A DNA stretch of 64,000 bases, taken from positions 5,529,609-5,593,608 of the forward strand of contig CM119269.1 of assembly GCA_051294375.1 (NCBI GenBank), read 5' to 3'. Shown here in pieces: positions 63,005 to 64,000 of this stretch. A program made the translations under genes and the position numbers. The notes beneath the pieces are model-generated. The model had not been told where the DNA came from. It made no database searches and saw nothing but the letters and a program-made list of their open reading frames with translations. Position 1 is the first letter of the stretch, and each line of letters begins with the position of its first letter. The stretch comes from Paraspadella gotoi. Taxonomy: Eukaryota; Animalia; Chaetognatha.

Positions 63005-63904
63005 CGATAGCGATTAACGAAGGGTGTTGAAAACTGTGACAAACAAAGAAAAAGATTAAGCAGGCGAAGATGACAATGTAACTCTATAAAAAGTTAATTT
63101 TCGTTTAACTTGGCCTTTCTCAGGAAGAATTTATTAAATAAAAACAAACAAATGAACATCGTCTTCTCTTTGGCGAACCCGGATTTCATTCGTAAAAGTC
63201 AAGAAGCTGAAGAGATAAAATTTATGTTGATTCCGTTATTCGCAAATTGACTGCCTTGTGCGCAAATTCGTTTTAACTTTCAGGCGTCACGATTCTTCGC
63301 CAATTTGCGTAATCTCAAATCAAGCTCCAACGACTCCTGTTGGTCCACCGCCGCCGCTGCGGCTGCCGGGTGAGTGTCTCCCGTTACCCTATTACTTTAG
63401 CTAATCACTGAAGATCTAAATACTTACTCAACTTCAATTTCGGTTATTTATTTTTGTATTTATTACAAAAACGGTTACCGTAATAAAAATAACAATACAA
63501 ATAATTTGAATTCCTCGTACGAGGTTTTATAAAAATTAATTTTCTCCCTATTTTCACTAAAATCTTCGTAATAAAACGTTGTCACCTCCTGCCCATTTTC
63601 AGGGGCGAACGAACCGAAGATGATGACGAGAAAAAACCCCTAGCCCTTCACCGCGACCTGCTGCTTCGGTGTACGGGGCATCGTCGGTCCATTGCTAGCG
63701 ACAAAAGCGACAAAAGAGCATCCCTCCCTTCAACGTCGGAATCTTCGTCGTCTTCCGGAATTGGTTTAACCACCTCCTCAACAGGCGGCGCAACGGATCA
63801 GGAGAAGGAAAATCGGACGAGGAGAACGAACAAAAGGCCAGTGGCGAAATCTAAATCTTTACACGGAGAGACGACGGGGACGCTACTGGCAAAAAACATC
63901 AGTG
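53433..63904 (+). CDS. TTLL2: Tubulin polyglutamylase TTLL2-like, 3' partial; exons 53433-53507, 53720-53887, 55477-55595, 56106-56216, 56299-56440, 56844-56924, 57021-57102, 57264-57332, 57484-57621, 58269-58418, 58478-58587, 62647-62878, 63284-63369, 63603-63904
   Basis: Motifs [69 protein letters not shown] and [27 protein letters not shown]. One apparent +1 frameshift at 56107-56109. The last four exons rest only on splice sites and open, phase-matched frames. Confidence 0.85.
53861..54175 (+). repeat. ~52-bp tandem repeat, about 6 copies, spanning the TTLL2 exon 2 donor
   Basis: Unit GGCAGAGGCTCAATCACTACCCCAAG|GTTGAAAGAGAGAAATGTTAGGTTTG. Confidence 0.85.
56534..56752 (-). mobile_element. 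Solo LTR-like element related to the TRIM family
   Basis: Minus strand starts with a TCTGGTGG...CACCAG hairpin, contains B-box-like GGTTCGAGC and ends CTCTTCA. 4-bp TSD TGGT at 56530-56533 and 56753-56756. Confidence 0.6.
57612..58098 (+). repeat. ~59-bp tandem repeat carrying 9 copies of the TTLL2 exon 9 donor junction
   Basis: Unit GGACATTCAG|GTGATTTAATAACCG(T/G)GGACGAGGCAG(A/G)CATTCTTAGATTAGACCATT. Confidence 0.92.
58776..61536 (-). CDS. SPARC: SPARC/osteonectin (BM-40) of ~272 aa, antisense in a TTLL2 intron; exons 61536-61425, 61357-61275, 60382-60255, 59752-59642, 59549-59481, 59365-59196, 58921-58776
   Basis: Hydrophobic leader. Follistatin-N [19 protein letters not shown]. Kazal [62 protein letters not shown] and EF-hand [14 protein letters not shown]. 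All phases are consistent (819 nt total). Confidence 0.92.
60901..61146 (+). repeat. Structured ~245-nt interspersed repeat, copy 2
   Basis: Diverged homologue of 28731-28973. Confidence 0.75.
62435..62484 (+). repeat. Poly(A) tract of ~50 nt
   Basis: Directly visible. Confidence 0.9.
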
Positions 63905-64000
63905 GTAATTATTGATAAAAAAAGAATTTTTTTTTTACCAAAATCAATAACGTCTACTAGATGAAAGTGTTTGATGAAATTAAATCAAGCAATTAATATA

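Noticed and set aside
62596-63042. Minus-strand gene from the 148-aa and 68-aa ORFs
   Set aside because: Better explained as a plus-strand exon (62647-62878) with a strong acceptor and matching phases.

Overview
AT-rich, intron-containing DNA from an animal, probably a protostome invertebrate (inferred from the SPARC and TASK sequences); it is not prokaryotic. Nine protein-coding genes can be rebuilt by hand from phase-consistent exons: SCPEP1-type serine carboxypeptidase (+), a matrix metalloproteinase (-), a divergent PP1 catalytic subunit (+), an unassigned signal peptide/EGF/TM gene (-), an ASAP-type ArfGAP (-), a TASK-type K2P channel (-), a ClC-2-type chloride channel (-), TTLL2 (+, runs off the window) and SPARC (-). 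Three genes are nested in introns of others. PP1 lies in the MMP and SPARC lies in TTLL2, both antisense. Most unusually, a nearly intronless ClC-2 lies on the same strand inside the TASK intron that splits the first selectivity filter, behind an acceptor in frame with TASK exon 1. The repeats include a miniature LTR element whose LTRs carry a tRNA-Gly-like cloverleaf (plus solo LTRs with 4-bp TSDs), HINE/DINE-1-like elements, MITEs, Penelope-type minimal hammerhead motifs, minisatellites that copy splice donors, and many (GA)n tracts. Gene models were read manually without database searches or RNA data, so some boundaries are approximate.
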